NCBI GenBank assembly: GCA_965203275.1
Contig: OZ241865.1
Coordinates: 224,001-288,000 of the forward strand
Direction: 5' to 3'
Length of the DNA: 64,000 nt
Source of the DNA: Bdellovibrionales bacterium
Lineage (GTDB): Bacteria > Bdellovibrionota > Bdellovibrionia > Bdellovibrionales > JAUICD01
Shown here: positions 19,643 through 30,397 of the stretch, one piece after another
Layout: each line of letters opens with the position of its first letter
How positions within the stretch are numbered: position 1 is the first letter of the stretch
Program-made: the position numbers and the translations under genes
The notes under the pieces: model-generated
Told to the model about the DNA's origin: nothing
The model's database searches: none
Seen by the model: the letters and a program-made list of their open reading frames with translations, nothing else

Positions 19643-20285
19643 AAATAAAATAGAAAATCAAAACCACTTACTAAGAAAAGTTCGCAACAAAGATCATTCG
19701 ATTAGGCAAAGTATTGAAAGGCTTGATATTTTCAAAGAAAATCTTAATTCACGTCAATTAACACTGAAAGAAATTTTAGGATTTGAAGGTATTGCTTCTA
19801 AAGAATATTTTAAAATTTTGTTTAGAGATTGCAACTGGATTGTGCGAAGACCAAGAGTGAAACATGATCCTATCAACTCTTTGCAAGATACGGGTTATAC
19901 AATGCTTTTTAATTTTATTGAAGGTTTATTGGGGCTTTATGGTTTTGATGTTTATAAAGGAGTGTATCATCAGTGTTTTTATCAGAGGAAGTCCCTCGTG
20001 TGTGATTTAATAGAACCTTTTAGACCTATTGTGGATGCTCGCATTAAGAAAGCGTATGGACTTGGACAAATCAAAAAAGAAGACTTTATAGAGGTCAATA
20101 AACAATATCGTCTTTTTGGAAAGAAAAGCCAACCTTATATTGCGTGGCTTTTAAAAGCTATTTTGAAACATAAAAATCCTATGTTCTTTTATGTGCAACA
20201 ATATTATAGATGCTTTATGCAAGAGAAGCTTATAAAAGATTATCCAATTTTTCTTTTGTCACAGCAAGAGGAGGATAAATGTTGA
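19548..20285 (+). pseudogene. cas1: cas1 lacking its N-terminal part; Cas1 similarity starts at ~19620
   Basis: IATHIIKNKIENQ, GFEGIASKEYF, RRPRVKHDPIN, GYTMLF, GVYH, SLVCDLIEPFRP. Confidence 0.85.
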
Positions 20286-20554
20286 TTGTGGCTTATGATA
20301 TTAGCGAGGATAAATTAAGAGGAAAGCTAGCTAAGTTTTTGTGCAAATTTGGCTATCGTTTACAATATTCTGTTTTTCAAATCAGGAACAGTGAAAGAAT
20401 GTTAAATAATTTAATATCAGAGATAGAAGGTTCTTTTGTTAAACATTTTACACAATCTGATAGTGTGATTATTTTTTCTTTGAGTCGAACTTGTAAGGTG
20501 ATTAAGTTTGGTTATGCTCAAAATGATGATGAGGATTTAATCTTTGTAGCTTAA
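20279..20554 (+). CDS. cas2: CRISPR-associated Cas2
   Basis: MLIVAYDISEDKLR...FGYRLQYSVF; RBS GAGGAGG. Confidence 0.95.
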   Translation: MLIVAYDISEDKLRGKLAKFLCKFGYRLQYSVFQIRNSERMLNNLISEIEGSFVKHFTQSDSVIIFSLSRTCKVIKFGYAQNDDEDLIFVA

Positions 20555-21286
20555 AGTTAGCAAAGTTAGGCAGGTAAAGCTAAAAAAGAATTTTAGCTTT
20601 ATTTTTTTTAGAGATTTGAGTATCTCTTGATTTGAAATTTTATTTCATGGGTTTTCAGATTTATTATTGCATTGAAAATAATTTTTGATAGATTTTTTTA
20701 GATGCCTTTCTATAGAGTTTTGTGTTTTTTTATTAAGTTGAGGTATTATGATGTTGTTAGTGCTTCTATAACCTGGTGCAAATGATCGTCTTAAGCAATT
20801 ATGTTTTTTGACGAATTTTATAATTTTTATTTTTTCAAGCAATGAGATGTGACGCAAAAGATTTCTTAAAAAAGTGTTGAGTTGAACATCAGAATAATAA
20901 TAGGTGTTTTTTTTCAATTTCAAAACCTGGACCCGTTCTCATAAAATTAAGATCGATCAAGGTATTATTTTTATTCATAAGTACATTTCCATGAAATCCA
21001 TGAAATATAGTTATAGAATATCATCATAAGAATAGAAAGTCCATTCAGAAAGATTCAAATTTTCGCATTTTTTAAGTTTTATTTTAGGTTTTAGGGTTGA
21101 CTTTGGTTGATTATGAGGTTAATATATTACGTATAGGTCTTTTTTGTTGTGGTTTAGAGGTTATGCAAACCTTGGTCTTAATGTAACTTAATGTAAGGAA
21201 TAAACTTAAGATGGCAAAATTATTGGTTTTAAAAAGAAAATTTAGTATATTATTTCTGCGAAACCTAGATATTTTGCACCTCAAGG

Positions 21287-21693
21287 ATTGAAAGGGACTT
21301 ATAAATTTCTACTGTTGTAGATCTTAAAGGATATATTGATGGTCGCTTCTATTGAAAGGGACTTATAAATTTCTACTGTTGTAGATTGAAGATTTTGATT
21401 TAAAAGCTATAAATTGAAAGGGACTTATAAATTTCTACTGTTGTAGATACAAGCCCTGCAAATCTTACTTTATTATTGAAAGGGACTTATAAATTTCTAC
21501 TGTTGTAGATGTTAATGTTGGCTTTGCTCCACAGTTTATTGAAAGGGACTTATAAATTTCTACTGTTGTAGATCCGGTGTTATTGCCTCAAGGGCTGTAT
21601 ATTGAAAGGGACTTATAAATTTCTACTGTTGTAGATAGATATTCTTTTGCATCAATTCTATCATTGAAAGGGACTTATAAATTTCTACTGTTG
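21287..21693 (+). CRISPR. Type V-A array: 6 identical 36-nt repeats ATTGAAAGGGACTTATAAATTTCTACTGTTGTAGAT, a 31-nt truncated terminal repeat, and 6 spacers of 26-28 nt
   Basis: Repeats start at 21287, 21351, 21413, 21475, 21538, 21601, 21663; 3' 19 nt is the canonical Cas12a handle AATTTCTACTGTTGTAGAT. Confidence 0.98.
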
Positions 21694-21698
21694 ATTCA

Positions 21699-21975
21699 TT
21701 TTCACTAAAAATAAACCAGCCTCTGGCTGTTTTTGGGCAATCAGCCCGACGGCTCTCGCCGTCGATCAAAGGCTGATTGCCTCAAAAATCCGTTTATTTT
21801 TAGTAGGAAGAATCCTCTTGTCTCTTTACAAGATGTTATGGAAACAAGATGTTTATTTCACTTTGATATTTTGCCATTGACAAAATGGTCATTGCCTCAA
21901 AAAATTATGCATTTTGAGTAGAGGAGGATCTCTTCGTCTCTTGAATACATGTTAAGGAAAAAAGGTTTCCTTAAC
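21699..21975 (-). repeat. Family-A repeat cluster abutting the terminal CRISPR repeat
   Basis: ttcactaaaaataaaccagcctctgg...cgacggctctcgccgtcg... Confidence 0.85.
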
Positions 21976-22033
21976 AGGTCCGCCTGCTCTTAAGGATCTA
22001 AAAACAATCGGATCGTAATGCATTTGTTAGGTG

Positions 22034-22064
22034 ATTGAAAGGGACTTATAAATTTCTACTGTTG
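22034..22064 (+). CRISPR. Orphan copy of the truncated terminal repeat
   Basis: 22034-22077 is identical to 21663-21706 (44 nt). Confidence 0.9.
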
Positions 22065-22107
22065 ATTCATTTTCACTCAAGTTGATGATGATGGTCGGAC
22101 GGCTTTA

Positions 22108-24165
22108 ATGTATGCAAGCCAGAATGGTCATATAGATATTGTAAGGCTTTTAATAGAACAAGATGCTGACGTAAATTATCAAGATAATAATGGAAATACT
22201 CCGGTATCACTGGCCAGGGAAAATGGACATAATGACATTGTAAGAGTTTTGAATGATGCCGGTCCAACTCCGACACCATCTCCAAGTCCAACCCCGGCCC
22301 CGAGTCCAGTTCCAACACCAACTCCAAGTCCAACCCCGGCCCCGAGTCCACTTCCAACACCGAGTCCATCTCCAAGCCCAACACCGAGTCCAACTCCAAG
22401 CCCAACTCCGACACCAGTTCCAACTCCGAGTCCAACTCCTACTCCAAGCCCGACACCAACTCCAAGCCCAACACCGACACCAAATCCTAGTCCAACACCA
22501 GGTCGAACCCCGGCATCATCGATACGCATACCGGATATGGTCGGTCGTATCATAGACAACTGTTGGACAAATCTAAATTTCAATGCCTGTATTTATAGTG
22601 TATCAGGTTCTTTTAACTATGCTGTTAATATAAGAGATAATATAGGCAGTTATCTTGAAAATAGTCATTATAAAATAAAGCCCGCTTATACGTTTTCAGA
22701 TGGAACAACAATGGAACGGGCTACATTAAGAAATGGAAAATGGAGAACTGCCATTCCTTCTTTGTCAACGTTAAGAAATGATTATATAACTGTTAATAAT
22801 GTAAGGGCATATCAACCTATGGTTTATTATTGGTTAATGTATCAAAGAGAATGGATGAAACTAAATGCCGGTGGATGGCATGCAGATAATAAAGGTATAA
22901 TTGTAGAAAGTCCAGGGAACAAAGAAGGTCCCTGTCGTAACTGGGGAGGATGCTGGTCACCGTCAGACAAAACAATAGTCTTAAATGAATCTTACTCTTT
23001 AGAAGTGGATATTATAGCTCACGAAGCAGGTCATGCAAATCTTACTTACGCTAGAGGACAAAGGGCAGGATTCATTCGATCTAAAGACAGTCGTTTTTTT
23101 ATGCGTTGTGGAAGTTTTTTAGGTTGCTTTGCTGCTATTAATGAAGGGCAGGCTGATTTTCATGTATACATGGCTTTTACAGGCGTTTTATCAAATGGAG
23201 ATTTTATATCATGTGACGATGAAATAGCTGTGTCCAGGAGTCCAAAGAACAATAACACCACTGCATCTACCATGTTCCAGGAGAGCAAAGGACAAATACA
23301 CTGCATGGGCGTTGTCTACAATTCTATATGGTATGAAGTTTATACACACCCACAAACAGATCAAGTAAGGATTGCTCAACTATTTCATAATCACTTACCT
23401 TTATTGACTTATTCTGATGATTTTGCTGATGCTGGTTTTAAGATATTAAATCTTTCAAGACAAATGGAATTTTCAAATCAAGTATATCAAATCATTGGTG
23501 ATGCTTTTGTTAAGAGGGGCTTAATGAGAAAGTCTGGCAATATATATATCAAAAATAGCAATACAGCTTTAATTGGTGCAAGTCGGGATGGGCATATTGA
23601 GATGGTAAAAATTTTGATAGCGGAAGGGGTGGACGTCAATCTTCAAGACAAATTTGGCTACACAGCTTTAATGTCGGCTAGTTATAGCGGCCATATAGAG
23701 ATTGTAAAGCTTTTTCTAGTGGCCGGAGCTAACGTCAATGATCAAGAAAAATATGGCTTTACGGCTTTAATGTGGGCAAGCGAATACGGCCATATAGAAG
23801 TTATAAGATTATTGCTAGAGGCCGGAGCTAACGTCAATTTTCGAGTAGAGGCCGGAGACAACACCCGTCTTCAAACAATAAATGGCTATACGGCTTTAAT
23901 GTTGGCAATCGCTAACAGCTATACTGATATTGTAAAGCTATTGCTAGCGGCCGGGGCCAACGTTAATATTCAAGATCAATCCGATTACACGGCTTTAATG
24001 ATGGCAGTTGCTTATAATCAAATTGAGACTGTAAAGTTATTGATAGTGGCCGGAGCGGACGTCAATCTTCAAGGCAATGATGGCTATACGGCTTTAATGA
24101 TTGCTAGAAACCAGGGCCAAAAAGAAATTGTAAGACTATTAAAAGAGGCCGGAGCTACAAAATAA
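22108..24165 (+). CDS. Ankyrin repeats, Pro/Thr/Ser linker, M4/M36-like Zn metalloprotease, ankyrin repeats; probably 5'-truncated
   Basis: G.TALM.A repeats; AHEAGH...NEGQADF; ankyrin motif DGRTAL continues upstream of the ATG to an in-frame stop at 22063. Confidence 0.8.
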   Translation: MYASQNGHIDIVRLLIEQDADVNYQDNNGNTPVSLARENGHNDIVRVLNDAGPTPTPSPSPTPAPSPVPTPTPSPTPAPSPLPTPSPSPSPTPSPTPSPTPTPVPTPSPTPTPSPTPTPSPTPTPNPSPTPGRTPASSIRIPDMVGRIIDNCWTNLNFNACIYSVSGSFNYAVNIRDNIGSYLENSHYKIKPAYTFSDGTTMERATLRNGKWRTAIPSLSTLRNDYITVNNVRAYQPMVYYWLMYQREWMKLNAGGWHADNKGIIVESPGNKEGPCRNWGGCWSPSDKTIVLNESYSLEVDIIAHEAGHANLTYARGQRAGFIRSKDSRFFMRCGSFLGCFAAINEGQADFHVYMAFTGVLSNGDFISCDDEIAVSRSPKNNNTTASTMFQESKGQIHCMGVVYNSIWYEVYTHPQTDQVRIAQLFHNHLPLLTYSDDFADAGFKILNLSRQMEFSNQVYQIIGDAFVKRGLMRKSGNIYIKNSNTALIGASRDGHIEMVKILIAEGVDVNLQDKFGYTALMSASYSGHIEIVKLFLVAGANVNDQEKYGFTALMWASEYGHIEVIRLLLEAGANVNFRVEAGDNTRLQTINGYTALMLAIANSYTDIVKLLLAAGANVNIQDQSDYTALMMAVAYNQIETVKLLIVAGADVNLQGNDGYTALMIARNQGQKEIVRLLKEAGATK

Positions 24166-24545
24166 TACCAATTCTATTTATCCTTAAGTAAGTCTAAAGC
24201 CCTGTCGATAGTTTATAAAAGAGCAAAAATTAATAAAAAAATAACTTTTTAACGCATCACATTCGAGTTTTATTTCACTACAAATTCTAACGAAATTCAA
24301 AAAATTAAAGCTTGTAAATTCCTCTAACACCTATAAATAAAGCATTCTTAAAAAAGAAAATGCCCAAATTTGCAAATCAACTGTCAAACTCAGGTCAACT
24401 GTCAAATTCAGGATTTAACTTTCACTTAAAATAAAAACTATCAAAGACTTTTAAAAAAATATTTGTTCAGTCAGCTAAGGTTTGTCTTGAAATAAAAAAA
24501 TCACATCAAGAAACTAACTGATTCTTTCTCGTCTTCATGGTTATA

Positions 24546-26267
24546 TTATTGCTCATCTTGAGAATTAGAGAGAAGTTCTTCGATTGTAGTGACTCCAGTG
24601 AGGACTTTTCTGATACCATCTAAGTGAATAGTTCTCATACCACTTTGAATAGCTGCTTTTTTGATAGTGCCTCCATCTTTTCTTTGCAAAATTAATTTGC
24701 GAATCTCATCTGTGACGACCAGACATTCAGAGATCACAGTTCGACCGACATAACCTTTTTGATTGCAGTGATTACAACCAATCGCTTTAAAAGTTTTACT
24801 ACGATTGACAATATCCTGCGTGATTCCTAATGTTGCAATATCTTCTTGTGAAAGTTTGTATTTAACCCTACATTGAGGACAAAGCATACGCACTAACCTC
24901 TGTGCTACAATGCACAGCAAGGAGCTAGAAATTAAAAAAGGTTCACATCCCATATCCATCAATCGAGGGACAGCACCCGCAGAGTCATTTGTGTGAATAG
25001 TCGATAACACAAGGTGTCCTGTGAGCGATGCATTGATAGCAATTTCTGCTGTTTCAAAATCACGAATTTCACCAATCATAATAACATCAGGGTCTTGACG
25101 TAAAATAGCCCTTAAACCGCTAGCAAAAGTCAAACCAATTTTAGAATTAACTTGGATTTGTCCTATCCCATGAATACGATTTTCAACAGGGTCTTCTACA
25201 GTGATGATGTTTCTTTCAACGGAATTAATTTTCATCAAACCTGCGTAAAGGGTTGTGGATTTTCCGCTACCTGTAGGCCCTGTCACTAAAACAATACCAT
25301 GTGTTTTTGATAGCTGTGTTGCTAAAGTTTCGAGAGTATCTTTTGGAAAGCCTAGTTGCTCTAACTCTAATATCACATTAGAGCGATCTTGCAAACGCAT
25401 GACTAATCTTTCACCATGTGCTGTAGGGACTGTATTGAGTCGCACATCAATATCCTTACCTGCAAATTTAAGAGGAATACGTCCATCTTGAGGAAGTCTT
25501 TTTTCTGCAATGTTTAAGTGTCCCATCACTTTGATACGTGAAGTGATAGCATTTTGAAATTTTTTAGGTGGTTTAAAAATATCATACAACACACCATCTA
25601 TGCGAAAGCGAACCACCATGTCTTTTTCATAAGGTTCTATATGAATATCTGATGCCTTTTCTTTGACAGCACGAAAAAGCAAGTTATTGACAAGCCGAAT
25701 AACAGGGGCATCATCATCTCCTGATTCAAGAAGGTCAATGATCGGTTCATCTAAGTCGTATTCTTCTTCATCTATATCATCGAGTCCTTCAAAAGTTGCT
25801 GTACTTTTTTCATAGACTTTATTGACAGCATCTTGGATTTTGGTAGCAGTAGAAACTAAGGGAATGATTTGTTTTCCAAAAAAAGCACGTAGATCATTGA
25901 TAATTTCTAAATTAAATGGATTAGATATCAAAATAGTGACAGTTTGAGTATCTGATTTAAAGGGCAAAACAGCATTGTCTGTTGCATACTTCAGTGGTAA
26001 GTCTCTGACAAGATCTATGGGAATATCATTGATAGGGATATCTTTAATGTAGCTAAGATTTAAATAGCCACAGAGCGTTTCTAAAATAAAGTCAATTAGG
26101 TCTTCTTTTTTGTCTTTTTTCTCTGCCTTGTGTTTTTCTTTCTGTTCTTCAAGGACTTCTCCTAAGTTTTTCCCACTGAGTGTGTTGTAAGATAGTAACC
26201 CTTGAATCTCTGGCCGAGATATTTTAATATGTCTAAATAATAAGCTTTCCATATTTTCACTTGGCAT
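24546..26267 (-). CDS. gspE: Type II secretion ATPase
   Basis: ASDIHIEP, RLPQDGR, TGPTGSGKSTT, LRQDPDVIMIGEIRD, tetra-Cys motif. Confidence 0.93.
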   Translation of the reverse strand: MPSENMESLLFRHIKISRPEIQGLLSYNTLSGKNLGEVLEEQKEKHKAEKKDKKEDLIDFILETLCGYLNLSYIKDIPINDIPIDLVRDLPLKYATDNAVLPFKSDTQTVTILISNPFNLEIINDLRAFFGKQIIPLVSTATKIQDAVNKVYEKSTATFEGLDDIDEEEYDLDEPIIDLLESGDDDAPVIRLVNNLLFRAVKEKASDIHIEPYEKDMVVRFRIDGVLYDIFKPPKKFQNAITSRIKVMGHLNIAEKRLPQDGRIPLKFAGKDIDVRLNTVPTAHGERLVMRLQDRSNVILELEQLGFPKDTLETLATQLSKTHGIVLVTGPTGSGKSTTLYAGLMKINSVERNIITVEDPVENRIHGIGQIQVNSKIGLTFASGLRAILRQDPDVIMIGEIRDFETAEIAINASLTGHLVLSTIHTNDSAGAVPRLMDMGCEPFLISSSLLCIVAQRLVRMLCPQCRVKYKLSQEDIATLGITQDIVNRSKTFKAIGCNHCNQKGYVGRTVISECLVVTDEIRKLILQRKDGGTIKKAAIQSGMRTIHLDGIRKVLTGVTTIEELLSNSQDEQ

Positions 26268-26339
26268 AAAATTTAATTCCCTCTCTACTCAACAAAGTTA
26301 AAAATGGTTTCAATAATTGAAATGCAATGATTGTACTTA

Positions 26340-29123
26340 TTAAAATTCAAATTTAAATTCACTTTCACCTTCATTATTTTCTTCTTCTTCTGACTTAGTA
26401 TCATCTTCCTCTTGCAGTGTTGCGAAGTCCTCTGTTTCTTCTGGTTCTTCTTGTAACTCTAGAACTTCATTTGTATTTTGATCAATGTTTTCTTCTACTA
26501 GATTGGTATTATTTTCTTCTTCACCTAATGTGATATCGTCTATTTCTGAAAACTGCAAGGCTCCTTCTGTATCTTCATCAGGTATGTTATCTTCTGTAAG
26601 GGTTTCTTCTGTAGATGGAAGTTCGTCTATTTCTGAAGATTGCAAATCTTCTGTTGTATCTTCATCAGGTACAGTATCTTCTATAAGGTCTTCTTCTATA
26701 GATGGAAGTTCTTCTATTTCTGAAGATTGCAGAGCTTCTTCTATATCTTCATCAAGTAGATCATCTTCTATAAGATCTTCTTCTGTAGTTTCTTCTACTG
26801 TAGATGGCAACTCTTCTATTTCTGGAGATTGTAGATCTTCTATGCTATTTTCTAAAAGGTCTTCTGTTGCTACATGACCCCTGGCATTGGATATGCGGAT
26901 TTCCTCTATCTTACGGCCATGGGCATCTCGGCCTCCTACATCCTTGATAAACTGCAATCTCTCTTTAAGTTTAAAGTCTGATAATCTTCGAACATCGGCT
27001 CTTGTTTTAATAATTCGAGGTGTTAAAAAAACTAATAAATTAATTTTGTTAATTGAAACCCGTTTAGATTTAAATAGCCAACCTAAGATCGGAATATCTC
27101 CTAAGATAGGGATCTTACTTGTTGTTGGAGACTCAATATCTCTCATAAGTCCTCCAATGACAATGGTGTCTCCGTTCCGAACAATGACATCTGATTTAAG
27201 GGCTCTTGTGGTAAAAGAAGGGCTAGAAGGACTTTTTGCATTCGGTACAACATCTTTTATAGATTGATCAATTTCAAGACGGACTGTCTCTTGATCAGAA
27301 CTAATCTGTGGAATGATTTTAAGTTTAATATTGGCATCTTCATAGTCGGGTCTAGCTTGTGTAATACCTGCTGTATTGGTTTCAATGCTATTACCAACTG
27401 GTACCCTTTCACCTACTTCAATTTCTGCTTCGGCATTATCAAGAGCTAAAATTTGAGGGGTAGAAAGCACATTGACTTCAGTGACTGTTTTTAAAAAATT
27501 GACAAATCCATTAACCGATCGCACTTCAAAATTACTTGCACTATTGCCTGCAAGTGGATTAGGATTGATCATAACAGGGGAACCTGTTGCAAATCCTAAG
27601 ACCAACCCAGTTGTACCTAATACATTAACAAATTGTTGTAGACCTCCCGGACTGACAAATCCCGCTCGCCCTAGTCCGTTCGTATTAGGTAAAACGCCTA
27701 AAATATTAAATCCATAATTTAATTGATCATTAACAGCCATTTCAAGGATAATAGCTTCTACGAAGACCTGGTCACGGGGAATATCAATTTTAGATAACAA
27801 ATTAAGGATCACTTCATAATCTTGTCGGCCTGCTGCAATGATCAAGCTATTGGTTTGTTCACTGTGTGTGACCTTGATCTCTCCACCTAAAAGTCCAGCT
27901 CCACCTGATGAGCTAGAAGTTTTTGGAGGTGTAAGTCCTGGGCGAAAAGGAGGTCTGCCAGGAATATTAGCTCCCTTATTAGAAGCACCTCCTTTTTTAT
28001 CTTCGGCAATGCCATTAATAGTATTGGCAATATCTTCTGCTTTGCCATGTTTTACGTAGTAGACATAAAGTCCTCCTTCATCTTCAATAGCAAAATCAAG
28101 TTGCTTAACCAACCTGCGAATTTCAACAATGCCCTGTCTATTAGCTAATACAATAATGGAGTTGGTTCTTTCATCAGGTAAAACAAGAGAAAAAGCCGAA
28201 GTAGATTGTTGTCCTTGTTGTCCTTGTCTTCGAAAGCGAGGGATATTGGGGCGACCGCCTCCTTTACTAGGTGTTTCCCCTTTGTTGAGAATTTTTTCTA
28301 TAAGCTCTGCAATATTTTTAGCTCGAGCAAAACGAATGGGTATAACAACCATTTGTTCATTCACACTAGAAGCATCGATTTTTTCTATAACCCTCATAAT
28401 TTTATTAATATTAGAACCAAAATCTGTAATGACAATAGTATCTGTGGGTTCATGGTGTTGCAAAATGGCCTGTGTGGATATCAAACTTCTAAGCAATGTA
28501 TTAGCATCAGAAGCTTTTGTATGTTTCAGTTGAATAAGCCGTGTGATCATTTGATCTGTGTTGGGCGTGTATGAACCAGTGAAAATTTCACTGTTTTTTT
28601 GTGCTATACGTAACTGCACTATTTTTAAAAACTTTCCATCAGATGTAGGTATCACTGTGAGATTATTAATAGCTAGTGCTGATAAAAAAGCCTTGTATGC
28701 TTCTGCAACTGTGATACGAGAGGGGGCAATAATAGTGATTTTGCCTCTTAGGTTTTGGACATCTATGATAAAATTTTTGCCTGTTAGTTTGGAAATACTT
28801 TTAACAACGTCAGAAATATCTGCATTTTGAAAGTCAAAGCTTTCCACAAGGTCTGGAAAGTTTTCATTTGTAATATCTTCTGTATAAGCATCAGCAAAGC
28901 TTTTTTTATTAGGATTTATTTTGTTGATTTGAGAGGTTTTCCCAGATTTGAAAGGTTGTGTAGGTGAGGATGGTGGGAATTTAGGTGGTGGTGGCGGTGG
29001 TGGTGGCATTCCCCCTTCATCGAGAGTTTGAGCATAGAGTGATGTTGTCCTTAGATGATTTAGATAGATCATATTGAAGGGATTAAACAATAAGAGCAAG
29101 ATGAGATATTGAAAATATTTCAT
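26340..29123 (-). CDS. gspD: Type II secretion secretin with long acidic C-terminal tail
   Basis: FQNADISDVV..GKNFII, QVFVEAIILE, STPQI, KIPILGDIPILGWLFK, LLVFLTPRII. Confidence 0.92.
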   Translation of the reverse strand: MKYFQYLILLLLFNPFNMIYLNHLRTTSLYAQTLDEGGMPPPPPPPPKFPPSSPTQPFKSGKTSQINKINPNKKSFADAYTEDITNENFPDLVESFDFQNADISDVVKSISKLTGKNFIIDVQNLRGKITIIAPSRITVAEAYKAFLSALAINNLTVIPTSDGKFLKIVQLRIAQKNSEIFTGSYTPNTDQMITRLIQLKHTKASDANTLLRSLISTQAILQHHEPTDTIVITDFGSNINKIMRVIEKIDASSVNEQMVVIPIRFARAKNIAELIEKILNKGETPSKGGGRPNIPRFRRQGQQGQQSTSAFSLVLPDERTNSIIVLANRQGIVEIRRLVKQLDFAIEDEGGLYVYYVKHGKAEDIANTINGIAEDKKGGASNKGANIPGRPPFRPGLTPPKTSSSSGGAGLLGGEIKVTHSEQTNSLIIAAGRQDYEVILNLLSKIDIPRDQVFVEAIILEMAVNDQLNYGFNILGVLPNTNGLGRAGFVSPGGLQQFVNVLGTTGLVLGFATGSPVMINPNPLAGNSASNFEVRSVNGFVNFLKTVTEVNVLSTPQILALDNAEAEIEVGERVPVGNSIETNTAGITQARPDYEDANIKLKIIPQISSDQETVRLEIDQSIKDVVPNAKSPSSPSFTTRALKSDVIVRNGDTIVIGGLMRDIESPTTSKIPILGDIPILGWLFKSKRVSINKINLLVFLTPRIIKTRADVRRLSDFKLKERLQFIKDVGGRDAHGRKIEEIRISNARGHVATEDLLENSIEDLQSPEIEELPSTVEETTEEDLIEDDLLDEDIEEALQSSEIEELPSIEEDLIEDTVPDEDTTEDLQSSEIDELPSTEETLTEDNIPDEDTEGALQFSEIDDITLGEEENNTNLVEENIDQNTNEVLELQEEPEETEDFATLQEEDDTKSEEEENNEGESEFKFEF

Positions 29124-29189
29124 AAGATTATGATATATTCAAATAGCTCTTCTTACTTTATTATTTTAGTCTAACTAGACTTTTAGTCT

Positions 29190-30270
29190 ATTTCACTCAA
29201 AGTGAACTGACCTCTGGTCACTTTCTGGTTGCCAGCCGAAGGCTATCGCCTTCTCAAATGCTGGCAACCTAGAAAGCCTGTTCACTTTGAGTAAGGAGGA
29301 TCCCTTCATTTTTTTACTTCATGTTAAGGAAACAAGATGTTTGTCTCACTTTAAATGCATCATGCCTCTGGCATGTTTTTGGGCAATGACCGCAAAGGCT
29401 TACGCCTTTGGCAAAATGGTCATTGCCTCAAAAATCTATGCATTTTGAGTAGGGAGGATCTCTTCGTTTTTTAACACCATGTTAAGGAGTTGGTTCACTA
29501 AAAGTAAACCAACCTCTGGTTGCTTTTGGGCGATGACCACGACGACTGTCGTCGTCGATAAAATGGTCATCACCTCAAAAGTCCGTTTACTTTTAGTAGG
29601 AAAGATCTCTTCGTCTCTTAACATGGTGTCAGAAGCAAGGAGATCCGCTCTACTCAAAATGAGCAGATTTTTGAGGCATTGCTCTTTTTAGACAGCGATA
29701 GCTGTCAGAGCAATGTCCAAAAACACACCAGAGGTGTGGCTCATTTTGAGTGAAATGTTAAGGAAAAAGGTCCTTTATTGCATTGAGCTTGCTTTCCAAA
29801 AACATTTTAGAGGCATATCTTGTTTCCTTAACATGGTGTCAGAAGCAAGGAGATCCGCTCTACTCAAAATGAGCAGATTTTTGAGGCATTGCTCTTTTTA
29901 GACAGCGATAGCTGTCAGAGCAATGTCCAAAAACACACCAGAGGTGTGGCTCATTTTGAGTGAAATGTTAAGGAAACAAAGCATTTGTTTTTTTGTTTTT
30001 TTATTCTTTTTAGATTCTGCGTAACCTCAAACAAGAAGTAATTAGATGGAGGATGGGGCAGTGGGAGCCTGAAGATCTTCCGCAAATTGAGCTTGCTTCC
30101 CCAAAGCAAGCTCAATTGAGGACTTCGGAAGGCTCACACTGCCCTATCCTCAAATAAAAATAAAATGGAAAAGCAGAATCAAGGGTGGAGGGTGGGGTTA
30201 GGGATAATCCTTTTGTTGCCGGGTTGCCGGATCCTGGATCCCATATCCCGGATCCCAGAAAAAGCATCCT
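29190..30270. repeat. Repeat cluster: family A (direct duplicate ~29617-29765 / ~29827-29975), family B (~29985-30204, inverted relative to 535-770), heptamers
   Basis: Seen directly. Confidence 0.85.
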
Positions 30271-30397
30271 TATAGTATTCGAGTTTTCACTTTTCTCAAA
30301 CTTTTACTATTCATATCATGTGGTCAAAAGGCTTTATAGGTATAGTCAAATGATCACCTTACTTTTCAAATCAAGATTTCTCAAATCAAGAGCAATA

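Noticed and set aside
20645..21010. 92-aa minus ORF and an upstream FHGFHGNVL...LID fragment resembling a phosphotransferase motif, between cas2 and the leader
   Set aside because: No RBS, broken frames and a weak motif; cannot be supported as a gene or cas accessory.
21323..21662. Self-targeting spacers (spacer 2 vs cas12a AAGATTTTGAT; spacer 5 vs family-A ATTGCCTCAA)
   Set aside because: Only 10-11 nt matches, expected by chance. I saw no full protospacer by eye; a real search is needed.
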